Positions 17,976 to 28,985 are shown, counted from the stretch's first letter. The stretch: 64,000 nucleotides of DNA from Gammaproteobacteria bacterium (GCA_965243565.1 OZ251571.1:256691-320690); one strand, 5' to 3'. Made by a program: numbers and translations. Notes: generated by a model not told the origin, from the letters alone.

Positions 17976-18956
17976 ATGACTATTGATATTAATAACATGC
18001 CTGAAAATGCTGCCCAATTGCGTGGTAACGAGGATTATTCCTTAGTGGCATTGCGTGCTTTTAGAGAGGTTGCCAAACATAAAAGCTTTACTTTGGCAGC
18101 ACGACATTTAAATGTTACACAAAGTGCGGTTAGCCATCATGTTCGTTTGCTCGAAAGTCAATACAAAGTAGTGCTGTTTGATAGAGAAGGACGGCGAATC
18201 GATTTATCAGCAGAGGGGCGGGTGCTTTATGATGTGCTAGAGAGCTCTTTTACCGCCATCGAAAAGGCGGTTGTTAATTTACGCGAAGGTAATGCCAAAA
18301 AACATCTGGTGCTAGGGGTGTTGGCATCATTTGCCAGCAAATGGTTGGTGCCGCGTATTGGCTCATTTTATAAAAATAATGAGTCTATCGAACTGACTAT
18401 TAGGTCGGTTAACCATACCATCGATGTATCACGTGAACATTTCGATTTGGCGGTTATTACCGCCCCCGAACCGCCCTTACTTGAAGAAGTGATGAGCGAA
18501 AAATTATGGCAAGAGCAATTGTTTGTAGTGTGTAGCCCAAGCTACTATAATTTACATAAAGATCATTTTAACTCGCTTGCTGATTTATCATTACACGTAT
18601 TTTTGCATGATGAAACCGAAATTTCTGCCGAACGTGGTTTTGATTGGGCAACGTGGATGCGGCATTTTGATGTAATGACGATATTAAACAAAGTTACATC
18701 ACATTATTTTTCGCAAAGCGATTTGGCATTGCAAGCGGCTATTGCCGGAAATGGTTTGGCTTTAACCCGCACGTCTATTGCCGCTACCGATATGAGTCAT
18801 GGGCGGCTGATTAACCCTTTTCCTGCTGAAGTTATTAATACCAAAGCGTCGTGTTTTTTGTGCGGACTAAAAGGGGCATGGAATACAGGCGCAACCAAAC
18901 AATTACGCGATTGGCTACTAGAAGAAGCCAAAGCGGTAACACCAATCCAGAAATAA
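17976..18956 (+). CDS. LysR-family transcriptional regulator
   Basis: N-terminal winged HTH (…FTLAARHLNVTQSAVSHHVRLLE…) and a C-terminal LysR substrate-binding domain. Probable true start at MPENAAQL. Confidence 0.8.
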   Translation: MTIDINNMPENAAQLRGNEDYSLVALRAFREVAKHKSFTLAARHLNVTQSAVSHHVRLLESQYKVVLFDREGRRIDLSAEGRVLYDVLESSFTAIEKAVVNLREGNAKKHLVLGVLASFASKWLVPRIGSFYKNNESIELTIRSVNHTIDVSREHFDLAVITAPEPPLLEEVMSEKLWQEQLFVVCSPSYYNLHKDHFNSLADLSLHVFLHDETEISAERGFDWATWMRHFDVMTILNKVTSHYFSQSDLALQAAIAGNGLALTRTSIAATDMSHGRLINPFPAEVINTKASCFLCGLKGAWNTGATKQLRDWLLEEAKAVTPIQK

Positions 18957-18971
18957 AAAGACAATTTTATT

Positions 18972-19322
18972 ATGCGTGAATTAATAACCATTATTGCTTT
19001 AATAGTTTTATTTCAAGTTGATATTATCGGTGAAAACGGAAGCGGGTTTTTTTACTCGGGGATAGTTGGCGTGCTGAGGTTGGCATTGTTAGTTTATTTG
19101 TGTATGTGTGTTATTGAGAGAGTATGTATCCCACAAAAAGAGGGTAGGTTGGAATTTAATGGAAGGTATTCTTATTTGATTGCTCAATGGGAAGAAGAAG
19201 AAAGCCAAAAAGCTGCTGTAAATGCAGGGCAAGACAATGCTGCTTTAAACTCTAAATCGACCGCTGCTCAACAGTGTAAAAAAACCGAATACGGCTTGGA
19301 CTCTGTCGATATGTCTGACTAA
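18972..19322 (+). CDS. hypothetical small membrane protein
   Basis: 116-aa ORF 16 bp after the LysR gene. It has two hydrophobic segments and an acidic/Q-rich C-terminus. No recognisable motif, and coding status is uncertain. Confidence 0.3.
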   Translation: MRELITIIALIVLFQVDIIGENGSGFFYSGIVGVLRLALLVYLCMCVIERVCIPQKEGRLEFNGRYSYLIAQWEEEESQKAAVNAGQDNAALNSKSTAAQQCKKTEYGLDSVDMSD

Positions 19323-19377
19323 ATAAGGCAAGACGCCATCGCTAAAGGGTGTAAAGGGTGTTTTTGTATGGTAGGTT

Positions 19378-20424
19378 TTAACGTGGATAATGTGCGCCCG
19401 CAATACGAGGTTTGCCACCTGTAACCGATGATGTATTAAGCGGTTTTTTGTCGTAGTGCATTTTTGCCAGCCATGCAAAGGCAGCGGCTTCGACGTATTC
19501 TTTTGCCAGACCAATGTCGTCGGTTAAAATCGGTGGGCTTGCCAACTGTTGACATAATTGTTGGTATAACATGCGATTATTAATGCCACCGCCGCAGATA
19601 AAAACAGGATTGTCGTCCATGGCATTGACAATGGTTTGCGCAGTGTAGGCAATTAGGGTGATTTCAATGTTATCAGCGCTGGTGTTGGGGAATGTATCAA
19701 TAATTTGCGCCAATGAAAATTCTTCGCGACCACAGCTTTTGGGTGCGGGCTTTTTTAAATAGGGGTGCTGTAATAAAGTATTGAGTAGATTGGTGTCAAT
19801 AGCGGTATCGGCTGCCAATAGCGTGTTATCACAAATGCTTTTGCCTTGTTGCTGCCGCCATTCGTCAATCAATAACATGCCGGGACCGATGTCCCAGCCT
19901 TGTATAGTGCCGTCACGGCTTAGTTTCGTCACATTGGCAATACCACCGATATTGACAATGTTGCAGGGGCGATGCTTGGCAAAAAAGTAATCATGAAAAA
20001 AAGGTACCAAGGGCGCACCTTCGCCACCAGTGGCAAGGTCACGTCGCCGAAAGTCGCAAATAACATCAATGCCGGTTAGTTCGGTTAATAACGCCCCGTT
20101 GAGTAACTGCCATGTGGATTGTTTGGCAGGACGGTGGGCAATGGTTTGCCCGTGGCAACCAATGGCGGTGATGTCGTTTGGCGAACAATTAATTTGTAAT
20201 ATTGCTTGGGCACATAATGTTGTAATGGCATTTTCAACGTCGAGTAACTCACTAATCTCAATGTGTGTGGATTGTGCGAGTCCCCGCATGCGTTTGGCAA
20301 GAGCGGTGGGTATGGGGTGGCTGTGTGTATGGGTGATGGGGTTACGGGCTAAAAAATCCATAACGACTACATCGGCAGCGTCCATGCTGTTGCCTGTCAT
20401 TATGCCGATAAAACGTTGGTTCAT
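19378..20424 (-). CDS. anmK: anhydro-N-acetylmuramic acid kinase
   Basis: MNQRFIGIMTGNSMDAADVVVMDF… matches the AnmK N-terminal ATPase motif (GxMSGTSxDGxD). 348 aa. Confidence 0.85.
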   Translation of the reverse strand: MNQRFIGIMTGNSMDAADVVVMDFLARNPITHTHSHPIPTALAKRMRGLAQSTHIEISELLDVENAITTLCAQAILQINCSPNDITAIGCHGQTIAHRPAKQSTWQLLNGALLTELTGIDVICDFRRRDLATGGEGAPLVPFFHDYFFAKHRPCNIVNIGGIANVTKLSRDGTIQGWDIGPGMLLIDEWRQQQGKSICDNTLLAADTAIDTNLLNTLLQHPYLKKPAPKSCGREEFSLAQIIDTFPNTSADNIEITLIAYTAQTIVNAMDDNPVFICGGGINNRMLYQQLCQQLASPPILTDDIGLAKEYVEAAAFAWLAKMHYDKKPLNTSSVTGGKPRIAGAHYPR

Positions 20425-21818
20425 TGCCCAATGGAGATGTTTTGTAGTTCTTTTAACACATCGGCGGTTTCGGCTTTAAAGGCTACGAGGTCTTTGCCTT
20501 TGAGTGCTGGAACTTGCTTGGGTACGCTAACCGATAATGGGTTTTTATGAACATTGCGTACTCGAAATTCGTAGTGAAGGTGTGGTCCTGTTGCTAGGCC
20601 TGTTTGCCCGACATAACCGATTATCTGCCCTTGTTGGACATTTTTACCACGGCGAATACCCTTGCCAAACCGACTTAAATGCGCATAAACAGTGGTGTAA
20701 ATGTTAAAGTGTTTTATCATGACGACATTGCCATAACCTCTTTCGCGGCGTGTACGGGTTATCACACCGTCGGCAGTGGCACGCACAGGTGTGCCTGTAC
20801 GAGAGGCGTAATCAACGCCTTTGTGTGAACGCCATTTTTTAAGAATGGGGTGAAAACGGCGGTGCGTAAATTTTGAGCTGATTCGTCTAAACTTGAGTGG
20901 GGCAGGTAAAAAGGCACGTCTTAAACTTTTGCCTTCGACAGAATAAAAATTGCCATCGGCACGGCGTAAGCCTTGAATAGTACGTTTTTTTCTTTGTACA
21001 TTGCTAACGTATTCAAAGGCATAGAGATTGCCCATTTTTATTAAGGTGTTGTCTTCGTCATGCCATGTGTCGTAAATAACACGAAAGGTATCGCCTTTGC
21101 GTACACTACGGTAAAAGTCAATTTGTGATTCTAATCGGGTAATGAGTGCTTCAATTGCCAAATCGGGCATGCCGATTTTTTCGGCGGCTTCGAATAGTGA
21201 AGTTTGTATTGCGGCAGCAGAGTGATGGCGTTTTTTTATTAGTATGGGGGCTTCTTCTTTGGCCCAATAATCGCCCGTGTCATCTTTGCCAGCGGTGAGG
21301 TAGTAGTCCGCATTGGTTTTGTAGAGTAATTGATTTAAATAACCGTTGTCATCTTGTCTAAAAAAAATGGATTGCCCAACGCGTAGGCGTTTATAACTTT
21401 TTAGTTTTTTGGTGAGTAAAAAGTTGGCAAAGTCTTCTTCAAGTTTTATGGTTTTGAGAATCTTGCCTAAGGTGTCGCCTCTTTTTATGCGGTATTCTAA
21501 CCATGGTTGGAGGACTGGTTCCGCAGGTGTTATTTGAATCTCCAATTGTTCAATAGGAATCAACTCGATATTGAGATCTGGAATGTCCACTGTCAATATA
21601 TCGGATAGGGCAATGTCTTTATTGACTGGTGTTTCGTTATTGGTGTCGTCAGCACTAATGGGTTGATCTATTAATAAGGGAGTTTCGAGTGATGGTACTG
21701 AGGTTAATAAAACGATAATGGTTAAACAGATTAAAAATGCTGCAACTGGTGTGGATGTTACGATGGAACAAAGCCCTTTTAGTATCGGACGAAGTTGTGC
21801 ACGAGATAAAAGCAACAA
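20421..21818 (-). CDS. M23-family murein endopeptidase with an OapA/LysM-like N-terminal region
   Basis: C-terminal M23 catalytic motifs [20 protein letters not shown] and …GPHLHYEFRVRN. N-terminal membrane anchor. 4-bp overlap with anmK. Confidence 0.8.
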   Translation of the reverse strand: MLLLSRAQLRPILKGLCSIVTSTPVAAFLICLTIIVLLTSVPSLETPLLIDQPISADDTNNETPVNKDIALSDILTVDIPDLNIELIPIEQLEIQITPAEPVLQPWLEYRIKRGDTLGKILKTIKLEEDFANFLLTKKLKSYKRLRVGQSIFFRQDDNGYLNQLLYKTNADYYLTAGKDDTGDYWAKEEAPILIKKRHHSAAAIQTSLFEAAEKIGMPDLAIEALITRLESQIDFYRSVRKGDTFRVIYDTWHDEDNTLIKMGNLYAFEYVSNVQRKKRTIQGLRRADGNFYSVEGKSLRRAFLPAPLKFRRISSKFTHRRFHPILKKWRSHKGVDYASRTGTPVRATADGVITRTRRERGYGNVVMIKHFNIYTTVYAHLSRFGKGIRRGKNVQQGQIIGYVGQTGLATGPHLHYEFRVRNVHKNPLSVSVPKQVPALKGKDLVAFKAETADVLKELQNISIGQ

Positions 21819-21824
21819 TGTAGA

Positions 21825-23033
21825 TTAGCTCCGGTAACTGGCGTTTATTTCGATGTATTTATGCGTCAAATCACAAGTTTTAAATTGGATTTGATGCTTG
21901 CCGTTACCAATAGAGATATGCAGTGTAATTTCGTCTTTTAACAGTGCTTGAGTAGCGGATTTTTCGTCGTAATTTGGATGTATGCTTCCGTTTTTTACCA
22001 ATGGTATTGGTGGTGTTGCGGCTATTGAACAATTGACTGTGTCAGGGGTGATTTGTCCGCTGGCGTTGCCGATTGCCATCAATAAACGTCCAATATTGGC
22101 ATCACTGGCAGCCAAAGCTGTTTTAACCAAAGGTGAGTTGGCTATGCTGGTGGCGACTTTGCGGCATAAATCGCGTGTTTTGCCACCACGAATGTCTAGG
22201 GTAATTAATTTGCTGGCACCTTCACCATCACGAATAATGGCTTCGGCTAGGAATATACTATGGTCGGTTAGCTGTTTTTTAATGGTGCGTTCTTCGCCAA
22301 CGGTGGCAGCGCCGCCGCTTTGACCTGTGGCAATGAGGATGAATGAGTCATTGGTTGAGGTGTCGCCATCAACGCTAATGGCATTGAAGGAATCACGCAC
22401 GATTTCTTTTTGCCAGCGTTGTAGAGTAGTAGGAGTAATGGCAGCATCGGTGGCTATATAGGCGAGCATGGTTGCCATATTGGGTGCTATCATGCCCGAT
22501 CCTTTGGCAATGCCGGTAATGGTTTTACCGTGTAAGGTAGAACTAACGCCTTTGCAAACGGTATCGGTTGTCATAATGGCATTGGCGGCGGCTAGCCAGT
22601 TGTCATGTGATAGTTTTTCTAGGCAACGGCTAAGACCGCTTATGTATTGTTCCATAGGCAGGAGTTCCATAATGACTCCAGTCGAAAAAGGAAGAATACT
22701 TTTGCTGGTATGACCTAATAATTTGCCTAAAGAACGGCAGCATTCTTTGGCGTCTTTTAGGCCTTTTCCTGCTGTGCCCGCATTGGCAATACCTGCGTTG
22801 ATAACCAATGCACGAATGTTTTGACCAATACCATTGTTAAGATGTGTACGACATACCTGAACTGGGGCAGCAGCAAAACGGTTTTGCGTAAAGACACCAG
22901 CAACCACACTGTTTTTGGGTAATGTGATGACGGTTAAGTCATCTCGTCGCCGTGATTTTATGGCTTGAGTGGTGCCAATTTCAATGCCACGAATCGGCGT
23001 TAATTGGCTTGGTTTGGCAAGGTTAACTGCCAT
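21825..23033 (-). CDS. argJ: bifunctional ornithine acetyltransferase / N-acetylglutamate synthase
   Basis: 402 aa. The autocatalytic cleavage motif …GMIAPNMATMLAYIATDA… (ATML) is present. Confidence 0.9.
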   Translation of the reverse strand: MAVNLAKPSQLTPIRGIEIGTTQAIKSRRRDDLTVITLPKNSVVAGVFTQNRFAAAPVQVCRTHLNNGIGQNIRALVINAGIANAGTAGKGLKDAKECCRSLGKLLGHTSKSILPFSTGVIMELLPMEQYISGLSRCLEKLSHDNWLAAANAIMTTDTVCKGVSSTLHGKTITGIAKGSGMIAPNMATMLAYIATDAAITPTTLQRWQKEIVRDSFNAISVDGDTSTNDSFILIATGQSGGAATVGEERTIKKQLTDHSIFLAEAIIRDGEGASKLITLDIRGGKTRDLCRKVATSIANSPLVKTALAASDANIGRLLMAIGNASGQITPDTVNCSIAATPPIPLVKNGSIHPNYDEKSATQALLKDEITLHISIGNGKHQIQFKTCDLTHKYIEINASYRS

Positions 23034-23069
23034 GCCATTAGCGGGATGATTGCGTTACTGTAATGATTG

Positions 23070-23153
23070 TGCCCAGGGCCGGACTCGAACCGGCACGCCG
23101 GTAAGGGCAAAGGATTTTAAGTCCTTCGTGTCTACCAATTTCACCACCCGGGC
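23070..23153 (-). tRNA. tRNA-Leu (anticodon TAA)
   Basis: Minus-strand read GCCCGGGTGGTGAAATTGGTAGACACGAAGGACTTAAAATCCTTTGCCCTTACCGGCGTGCCGGTTCGAGTCCGGCCCTGGGCA. Long variable arm, anticodon loop CTTAAAA, and a T-loop GGTTCGAGTCC. Confidence 0.85.
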
Positions 23154-23173
23154 GCGTTGTTTCATCATTATAG

Positions 23174-23247
23174 TGGAGGCGGGAGTCGGAATCGAACCGG
23201 CGTTGACGGCTTTGCAGGCCGCTGCATGACCACTCTGCCATCCCGCC
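23174..23247 (-). tRNA. tRNA-Cys (anticodon GCA)
   Basis: Minus-strand read GGCGGGATGGCAGAGTGGTCATGCAGCGGCCTGCAAAGCCGTCAACGCCGGTTCGATTCCGACTCCCGCCTCCA. Anticodon loop CTGCAAA. CCA is encoded. Confidence 0.85.
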
Positions 23248-23303
23248 ACTGTAATTGTTAATCATCAAAAAAAATGCTTTTTAGTATGTCGTATATTAAA
23301 TCA

Positions 23304-23379
23304 TGGAGCGGGAAACGAGATTCGAACTCGCGACCTCAACCTTGGCAAGGTTGCGCTCTACCAATTGAGCTATTCCCGC
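23304..23379 (-). tRNA. tRNA-Gly (anticodon GCC)
   Basis: Minus-strand read GCGGGAATAGCTCAATTGGTAGAGCGCAACCTTGCCAAGGTTGAGGTCGCGAGTTCGAATCTCGTTTCCCGCTCCA. Anticodon loop TTGCCAA. CCA is encoded. Gly-Cys-Leu order as in E. coli glyW-cysT-leuZ. Confidence 0.85.
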
Positions 23380-23391
23380 AAAAAATAAAGA

Positions 23392-23425
23392 CTCTACTCT
23401 ATATAAAAAGGTGTGTTGTGTCAAT
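23392..23425 (-). promoter_or_regulatory. putative sigma-70 promoter of the tRNA-Gly/Cys/Leu operon
   Basis: Minus-strand read TTGACA-N17-TAGAGT, ending about 16 nt before the tRNA-Gly 5' end. Confidence 0.35.
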
Positions 23426-23426
23426 G

Positions 23427-24026
23427 CTAACGTTTAATTTTTGTATCAATAAAAGCCGTTCTTTCGCTAATTATTGATAACCAAGTTTGCATTTTTGGGT
23501 ATTTGTCCCACTCTATTAGGATTGGTTTCATTGCTTGTAAAAAGTCAAGTGTGCAGGCCAAAGCGACATCAGCCACATCGATGTTGTCGGTGTGAAATTC
23601 ATTGATGTTGTTTTCAATATGGGCAAAGGTGGTAACCGCTTTGGCGTTTAACCAATTTTCCCAATTTTCATTTTTCATGTCGGGGGCGACTTTGGTCGCC
23701 ATAATTACTGATAAAGCGGCGTCAGCAGCACCGTCAACCAAGGCTTCGCGTGCTTTAACGCGATAGCGTGCAGTGGATTCATCGGGTAAGAATTTAGGCG
23801 TGTCACCACAGGAGTCCAAATAGTCGCAAATAAGGCTTGAGTTGACTAATTGAGTGCCATCGTCAAGGATGAGTATGGGAATCTTACGCAGTGGATTGTT
23901 CGCACAGACGATGTCGGGGTTTTCCCAAACGACGATTGGTGTAATGGTGCAATTAATCTGTTTTTCGGCAATGATGATTCGTGCTTTGCGGGCAAAAGGA
24001 CTGGTTAAACTAACGATTAATTCCAT
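23427..24026 (-). CDS. glutathione S-transferase family protein
   Basis: 199 aa. Thioredoxin-like N-domain (…LVNSSLICDYLD…) and an alpha-helical C-domain. Directly downstream of phaB. Confidence 0.65.
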   Translation of the reverse strand: MELIVSLTSPFARKARIIIAEKQINCTITPIVVWENPDIVCANNPLRKIPILILDDGTQLVNSSLICDYLDSCGDTPKFLPDESTARYRVKAREALVDGAADAALSVIMATKVAPDMKNENWENWLNAKAVTTFAHIENNINEFHTDNIDVADVALACTLDFLQAMKPILIEWDKYPKMQTWLSIISERTAFIDTKIKR

Positions 24027-24044
24027 GTTTTTATCCTTTTTTGT

Positions 24045-24773
24045 TTAATACATGTGCAGACCACCATTAGCACTAAAGTTAGCACCAGTGATGTAACCCG
24101 CGTTTTCGTCGGCTAAAAAACCAACGATACGTGCGATTTCGAGTGGTTCGGCAAAACGCCCTGCAGGGATGGTGCTAGTAATTTTATCTTGCACTTCTTG
24201 CGGTATTTGTTTGACCATTTTGGTGGCAACATACCCGGGCGAGACGGTGTTAACAGTAACGCCTTTGCGTATGGCTTCTTGTGCCAATGCTTTGGAAAAT
24301 CCATGAATGCCAGCTTTGGCAGCAGAGTAGTTGGTTTGACCAAACTGCCCTTTTTGTCCATTGACCGATGAAATATTAATAATTCGACCGTATTGACGTT
24401 CGAGCATGCTGTCAAAAAACTGCTTGGTAACGTAAAAAACACTGTTCAGATTGGTGTTAATTACATTGTTCCATATATCGGGAGTCATTTTACGAAAGGT
24501 GGCATCGCTGGTAATGCCTGCATTATTGACCAAAACATCAACAGGACCTAATTTGTCAGTTACTTCTTTTGCCATGGCTTGGCAGGATTCCCAGTTGGTA
24601 ATGTCGCAACGGCTGGCGAATACGTCAAGTTTTTCGTCGGCTAACCATTGATCAATGAGTTGTTGTCGATAAAAAGTGGTGGCAACGGCATAACCGTCGT
24701 TTAATAATTGTTGACAGATGGCGGTTCCTATGCCTCCTGTTCCACCTGTAACCAATGCTACTTTTTTTGTCAT
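24045..24773 (-). CDS. phaB: acetoacetyl-CoA reductase (SDR)
   Basis: TGGTGGIG Rossmann motif, NNAG, and the S…YxxxK catalytic triad (YSAAK). 242 aa. Last gene of the phaCAB cluster. Confidence 0.85.
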   Translation of the reverse strand: MTKKVALVTGGTGGIGTAICQQLLNDGYAVATTFYRQQLIDQWLADEKLDVFASRCDITNWESCQAMAKEVTDKLGPVDVLVNNAGITSDATFRKMTPDIWNNVINTNLNSVFYVTKQFFDSMLERQYGRIINISSVNGQKGQFGQTNYSAAKAGIHGFSKALAQEAIRKGVTVNTVSPGYVATKMVKQIPQEVQDKITSTIPAGRFAEPLEIARIVGFLADENAGYITGANFSANGGLHMY

Positions 24774-24801
24774 GATATTTATATGTTCTTTCTTAGTTTA
24801 A

Positions 24802-25983
24802 TTATACTGCTTCAACGGCTAGTGCAATGCCCATACCGCCACCAATGCATAAGCTGGTGAGCCCTTTACGGGCGTTTTGTTTTTTCATTTCGTGTAATAA
24901 GGTAACCAATACCCGTGCACCAGAGGCACCGATGGGATGTCCTAAGGCGATGGCACCGCCGTTGACGTTAATTTTATCGGTGTTCCAACCCATTTGCTCG
25001 TTTACGGCAATGGCTTGAGCGGCAAAGGCTTCGTTAATCTCGAATAAATCAACATCATCTATATGCCATCCGGCTTTTTCGAGGCATTTTGTTGATGCTG
25101 GAACAGGACCAATGCCCATAATGGAAGGGTCTACACCGCAACTGGCACCAGCACGGATAATCGCCAGTGGGGTGAGTCCCAAGGCGTGTGCGGATTGTTC
25201 GGACATAATGACCATAGCAGCAGCACCGTCGTTAATGCCAGAGGCGTTGCCAGCGGTAACTGTGCCGTTTTTGTCAAAGGCGGTTCGTAACGAGGCGAGT
25301 TTGTCAATGGTCATGCCCGCTTTAATGTATTCGTCATCGGCAAATACAATGGGGTCGCCTTTGCGAACAGGAATTTTAACGGACACGATTTCGTCTTTAA
25401 ATTTCCCCAAGGCTTGGGCTTTTTGTGCTTTGTTTTGTGAGGCACAAGCAAAGGCATCTTGTGCTTCACGACTAATGCCAAATTGGTTGGCGACGTTTTC
25501 AGCGGTCATGCCCATGTGGTAGTGATTAAAGGCATCGGTTAATCCGTCATTGACCATAGTGTCAACGAGTGTACCGTTGCCCATACGAATGCCTTTGCGT
25601 GATTGATTGAGTACATGCGGCGAATTACTCATGGATTCTTGTCCACCAACAACAGCGATGTCAATATCACCACAGGCAATGGACATGGCGGCAAGGTGAA
25701 CAGCACGCAAGCCACTGCCACAAACATGGTTAATGGTCATGGCGGGTGTTTCTTTTGCAATACCGGCTGCCATAGCGGCTTGTCTTGCGCCGTTTTGACC
25801 AATACCAGCGGTTAGGACTTGTCCCATAATGATGTCATCAACAGTGTCGGCTTCGATGCCCGCACGTTGAATGGCTTCTTTGATGACAATACTGCCTAGT
25901 TGTACGGCACTTAAAGGTGCGAGTGTGCCGCTAAAATTGCCGATGGCGGTGCGACAAGCACTAACTATGACTGCTTGATTCAT
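24802..25983 (-). CDS. phaA: acetyl-CoA acetyltransferase (beta-ketothiolase)
   Basis: 393 aa thiolase. Active-site Cys in …[11 protein letters not shown]… and a C-terminal …[13 protein letters not shown]. Confidence 0.9.
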   Translation of the reverse strand: MNQAVIVSACRTAIGNFSGTLAPLSAVQLGSIVIKEAIQRAGIEADTVDDIIMGQVLTAGIGQNGARQAAMAAGIAKETPAMTINHVCGSGLRAVHLAAMSIACGDIDIAVVGGQESMSNSPHVLNQSRKGIRMGNGTLVDTMVNDGLTDAFNHYHMGMTAENVANQFGISREAQDAFACASQNKAQKAQALGKFKDEIVSVKIPVRKGDPIVFADDEYIKAGMTIDKLASLRTAFDKNGTVTAGNASGINDGAAAMVIMSEQSAHALGLTPLAIIRAGASCGVDPSIMGIGPVPASTKCLEKAGWHIDDVDLFEINEAFAAQAIAVNEQMGWNTDKINVNGGAIALGHPIGASGARVLVTLLHEMKKQNARKGLTSLCIGGGMGIALAVEAV

Positions 25984-27700
25984 TTTCTTTCCTTTCGATA
26001 TTAAATGGACCAGCCTTGCTAATGGCAGGTTTGATTTGGGTTACGTAGCGACCGGGGGCGGGCTCGATGGGGCTGTAGCGGGTATTGCCCATTTTAGTAG
26101 GGGCGGCTTGCAGTGTTCCTGATTTTGCTTTTAACCATTGAAACCAGTCTATCCACCAACTGCCTTCGTTTTTGCTGCTTTTGTCTTGCCACGTTTGATG
26201 GTTACTGGGTAGTACGCCAGTGCTTGTTTTGTACCAGCCTTTTTGATTGGTGGGTGCATTAACAATACCGGCTATGTGACCGCTGGCAGCGAGTACAAAA
26301 CGACATTTATTGGAGGCTAGGAGTGCACTTTGATAAGCAGTTTGCCACGGAACAATGTGGTCTTTTTCGCAGGCGACAGCGTAAAAAGGGGCTTTGATAT
26401 TATCTAGAATAATAGGTGTGCCACACATAACGGCAGTGCCTTTGCTTATTTTATTTTCTAGGTAGGTCATGCGTAGATACTCTGTAAACATAGGACCCGG
26501 TAAGTTGGTTGAATCGGCATTCCAAAAAAGCAAATCAAAGGCTGGTGGTGTTTTTCCACGGTAGTAGTTGTCAATAACATAGGGCCAAACGAGGTCGTTA
26601 GGACGTAAATAAGCAAAATTTTGAGCGAGAGTTTTGCCGTCAATAAGACCACCGCTTACAAAGCGGGCTTCTTTTTCGGCAATGCTTTCCTCGTCAATAA
26701 ATAGCCCGATTTCACCGGTGTCGGAAAAGTCTAACATGGTTGCTAAAAGGGTAACGGATTGGGCGGGGTGTTGGTCGTCTTGTGCCAAAATCGCCAATGC
26801 ACAACTAAGTAATGTGCCCCCTATACAAAAGCCGAGTGTGTTAATTTTTGGTTGCTTACTGATGTTTTGGACAACATCAATGGCAGTCATAATGCCGTCT
26901 CTTAGGTAGTCGTCAAAGCGTAAATGGGCAATATCGGTATCGGCATTAACCCAAGAAATAAGAAATACGCGATAACCATTGTCGACAATGTGTTTGACAA
27001 ATGATTTTTTCTCGGTTAAATCAAGAATATAGTACTTGTTAATACAAGGCGGTACGATGAGCAATGGCTTGGCATGTACTTTTTCAGTTTGTGGCTTGTA
27101 TTCGATAATTTGCATGAGGGAGTTTTGATAAATGACTTGCCCTTCAGTGGTGGCAATGTTTTTACCAATACAAAAGGCGTCGGTATCGGTATTTTTAACC
27201 ACACCTTCTTGCATGTCTGACATTAAATTTTTCATGCCACGAACAAGACTGTCGCCACCGGTATCGATAGCTTCTTGAATAACAGTGGGATTGGTGGCAG
27301 GAAAATTAGTGGGCGAAATAGCGTTAATATATTGCTCAATTAGATAGAGCAATAGTTTTTTGTCTTTTTCGGGTAAATCAACTTGGCCGGCAATGGTGCG
27401 CAGTACGTCGGCATTGATGAGATAACTTTGCATTAACATCGAAAAAAAAGGTTGCGATTGCCATTGCTCGTCACTAAACCGTTTGTCTTTGCTGGGCTTG
27501 GTTGGGGTAGCAGGGTTTTGTAAAGATGCCACCATTTCGATTTGTTGTTTTTGACCTTCTTGTACAACAGGTAACCATGCCATAGGATTTTGGCTAAGCT
27601 GCTCGGTAAATTTTGCCCATATTTTGCTGAGCTTTTTGGTGGTTGCATCGACAGGCATTGCCGATGTGTCAATACTCTTTAATAATTGTGAAAATTCCAT
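25961..27700 (-). CDS. phaC: class I poly(3-hydroxyalkanoate) synthase
   Basis: 579 aa. Alpha/beta-hydrolase with lipase-box GFCIGG (G-x-C-x-G). PhaC N-terminal domain. Overlaps phaA by 23 bp, giving the phaC-phaA-phaB order. Confidence 0.9.
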   Translation of the reverse strand: MEFSQLLKSIDTSAMPVDATTKKLSKIWAKFTEQLSQNPMAWLPVVQEGQKQQIEMVASLQNPATPTKPSKDKRFSDEQWQSQPFFSMLMQSYLINADVLRTIAGQVDLPEKDKKLLLYLIEQYINAISPTNFPATNPTVIQEAIDTGGDSLVRGMKNLMSDMQEGVVKNTDTDAFCIGKNIATTEGQVIYQNSLMQIIEYKPQTEKVHAKPLLIVPPCINKYYILDLTEKKSFVKHIVDNGYRVFLISWVNADTDIAHLRFDDYLRDGIMTAIDVVQNISKQPKINTLGFCIGGTLLSCALAILAQDDQHPAQSVTLLATMLDFSDTGEIGLFIDEESIAEKEARFVSGGLIDGKTLAQNFAYLRPNDLVWPYVIDNYYRGKTPPAFDLLFWNADSTNLPGPMFTEYLRMTYLENKISKGTAVMCGTPIILDNIKAPFYAVACEKDHIVPWQTAYQSALLASNKCRFVLAASGHIAGIVNAPTNQKGWYKTSTGVLPSNHQTWQDKSSKNEGSWWIDWFQWLKAKSGTLQAAPTKMGNTRYSPIEPAPGRYVTQIKPAISKAGPFNIERKENESSSHS

Positions 27701-27899
27701 GTTAAATGCTATAAGTAGTTAGATTAAGCCCGAATTATACCGTTAAATGTTGCAATGCACAAAAAATAAACAGGAGAAGCAGCGTGATATTTCAGTGTTT
27801 TATAAGGTACAATTACGAACTAATAAATTTGTAGAACATTTGGCGGTGCCTTATGTTCTTAATCTCACTATTCTATATATTCTTGGAGGATTACAAAAA

Positions 27900-28934
27900 A
27901 TGATAGGAAATAAAAAAATATTATCTGCCGTAGTGGCTGGTACAATGGCTCTCGCAGGTTCTGGTTTTGCTGGTACTGTTGAAGACGTTATGAACCGCGG
28001 TGAACTCATCTGTGGTGTTTCTGGTGGCTTACCTGGTTTTTCAGCCCCTGACAATAGCGGTAAAATGCAAGGCGTTGATGCCGATGTATGTTATGCATTA
28101 GCCGCCGCTGTATTGGGTGACAAAAACAAAGTTCAGTTTGTCCCATTAACCGCTAAAGAGCGTTTTACAGCATTGTCTTCGGGTGAAGTCGATGTTTTAA
28201 GCCGCAACACAACTCATACCCTAACACGTGATGCATCCTTGGGTGTTAACTTTACGTATTACAACTTTATTGATGGTGCTGGCTTTATGGTCAAAACAGC
28301 ATTGGGTGTTAAAAGTGCCAAAGAACTAGGCGGTGCCCGCTTGTGTATTCAAGCTGGAACAACTACCGAGCAAGCTGTTGGTGATTTTTTCCGCAACAAT
28401 AACTTGACAGCATTTACACCTAAGCCTTATGATACATCCGTCCAAACACGTGAAGCCTACGAAAAAGGCGCTTGTGATATCTTAAGCTCTGATAAATCAC
28501 AATTGGCTGCTATCCGCAGTGAGTTGTCTGATCCAAGTGCTTCTACCATTTTGCCTGAAACGATTTCAAAAGAGCCTTTGGGCCCTGTCGTTCGTCAAGG
28601 TGATGATGTTTGGTTGAACACTGTCAAATGGGTGCTTTTTGCCATGATGAACGCCGAAGAAATGAGCGTTACTTCTGGTAATGTTGATTCCAAGAAAAAT
28701 GGCAACAACGTTGGTGTTCGTCGTCTCTTAGGTGACGAAGGCGGTCTTTGCAAACTAGTTTCTGACAAACTAGGTGATGACTGTTTTTATCAGGTCATTA
28801 AGCAAGTTGGTAACTTTGGCGAAAGCTACGAAGCCCACGTTGGTGAGAATACACCAATTGGCTTGTCCCGTGCCGGTAGTGTTAACGATTTGTGGTCACG
28901 TGGTGGCTTAATCTACGCACCACCACTACGCTAA
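27900..28934 (+). CDS. general L-amino-acid ABC transporter substrate-binding protein (AapJ/BztA-like)
   Basis: Start at the ATG at 27900 (MIGNKKILSAVVAGTMALAGSGFAG signal peptide). A GGAGG RBS precedes it. PBP type 3 fold of about 340 aa, typical of AapJ. Confidence 0.8.
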   Translation: MIGNKKILSAVVAGTMALAGSGFAGTVEDVMNRGELICGVSGGLPGFSAPDNSGKMQGVDADVCYALAAAVLGDKNKVQFVPLTAKERFTALSSGEVDVLSRNTTHTLTRDASLGVNFTYYNFIDGAGFMVKTALGVKSAKELGGARLCIQAGTTTEQAVGDFFRNNNLTAFTPKPYDTSVQTREAYEKGACDILSSDKSQLAAIRSELSDPSASTILPETISKEPLGPVVRQGDDVWLNTVKWVLFAMMNAEEMSVTSGNVDSKKNGNNVGVRRLLGDEGGLCKLVSDKLGDDCFYQVIKQVGNFGESYEAHVGENTPIGLSRAGSVNDLWSRGGLIYAPPLR

Positions 28935-28985
28935 CCGCATAGTGGGTTTCTGTACATAATTTTGTATAGAAATATGAAGAGGTGA

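Noticed and set aside
23038-23268. Minus-strand small ORFs of 76 and 64 aa
   Set aside because: They lie on top of the tRNA-Leu and tRNA-Cys genes, so they are artefacts of tRNA sequence.
23380-24030. Integrase or genomic island at the tRNA cluster
   Set aside because: The tRNA cluster is flanked by argJ and a GST/phaCAB block. There is no integrase, direct repeat of a tRNA 3' end, or phage genes.
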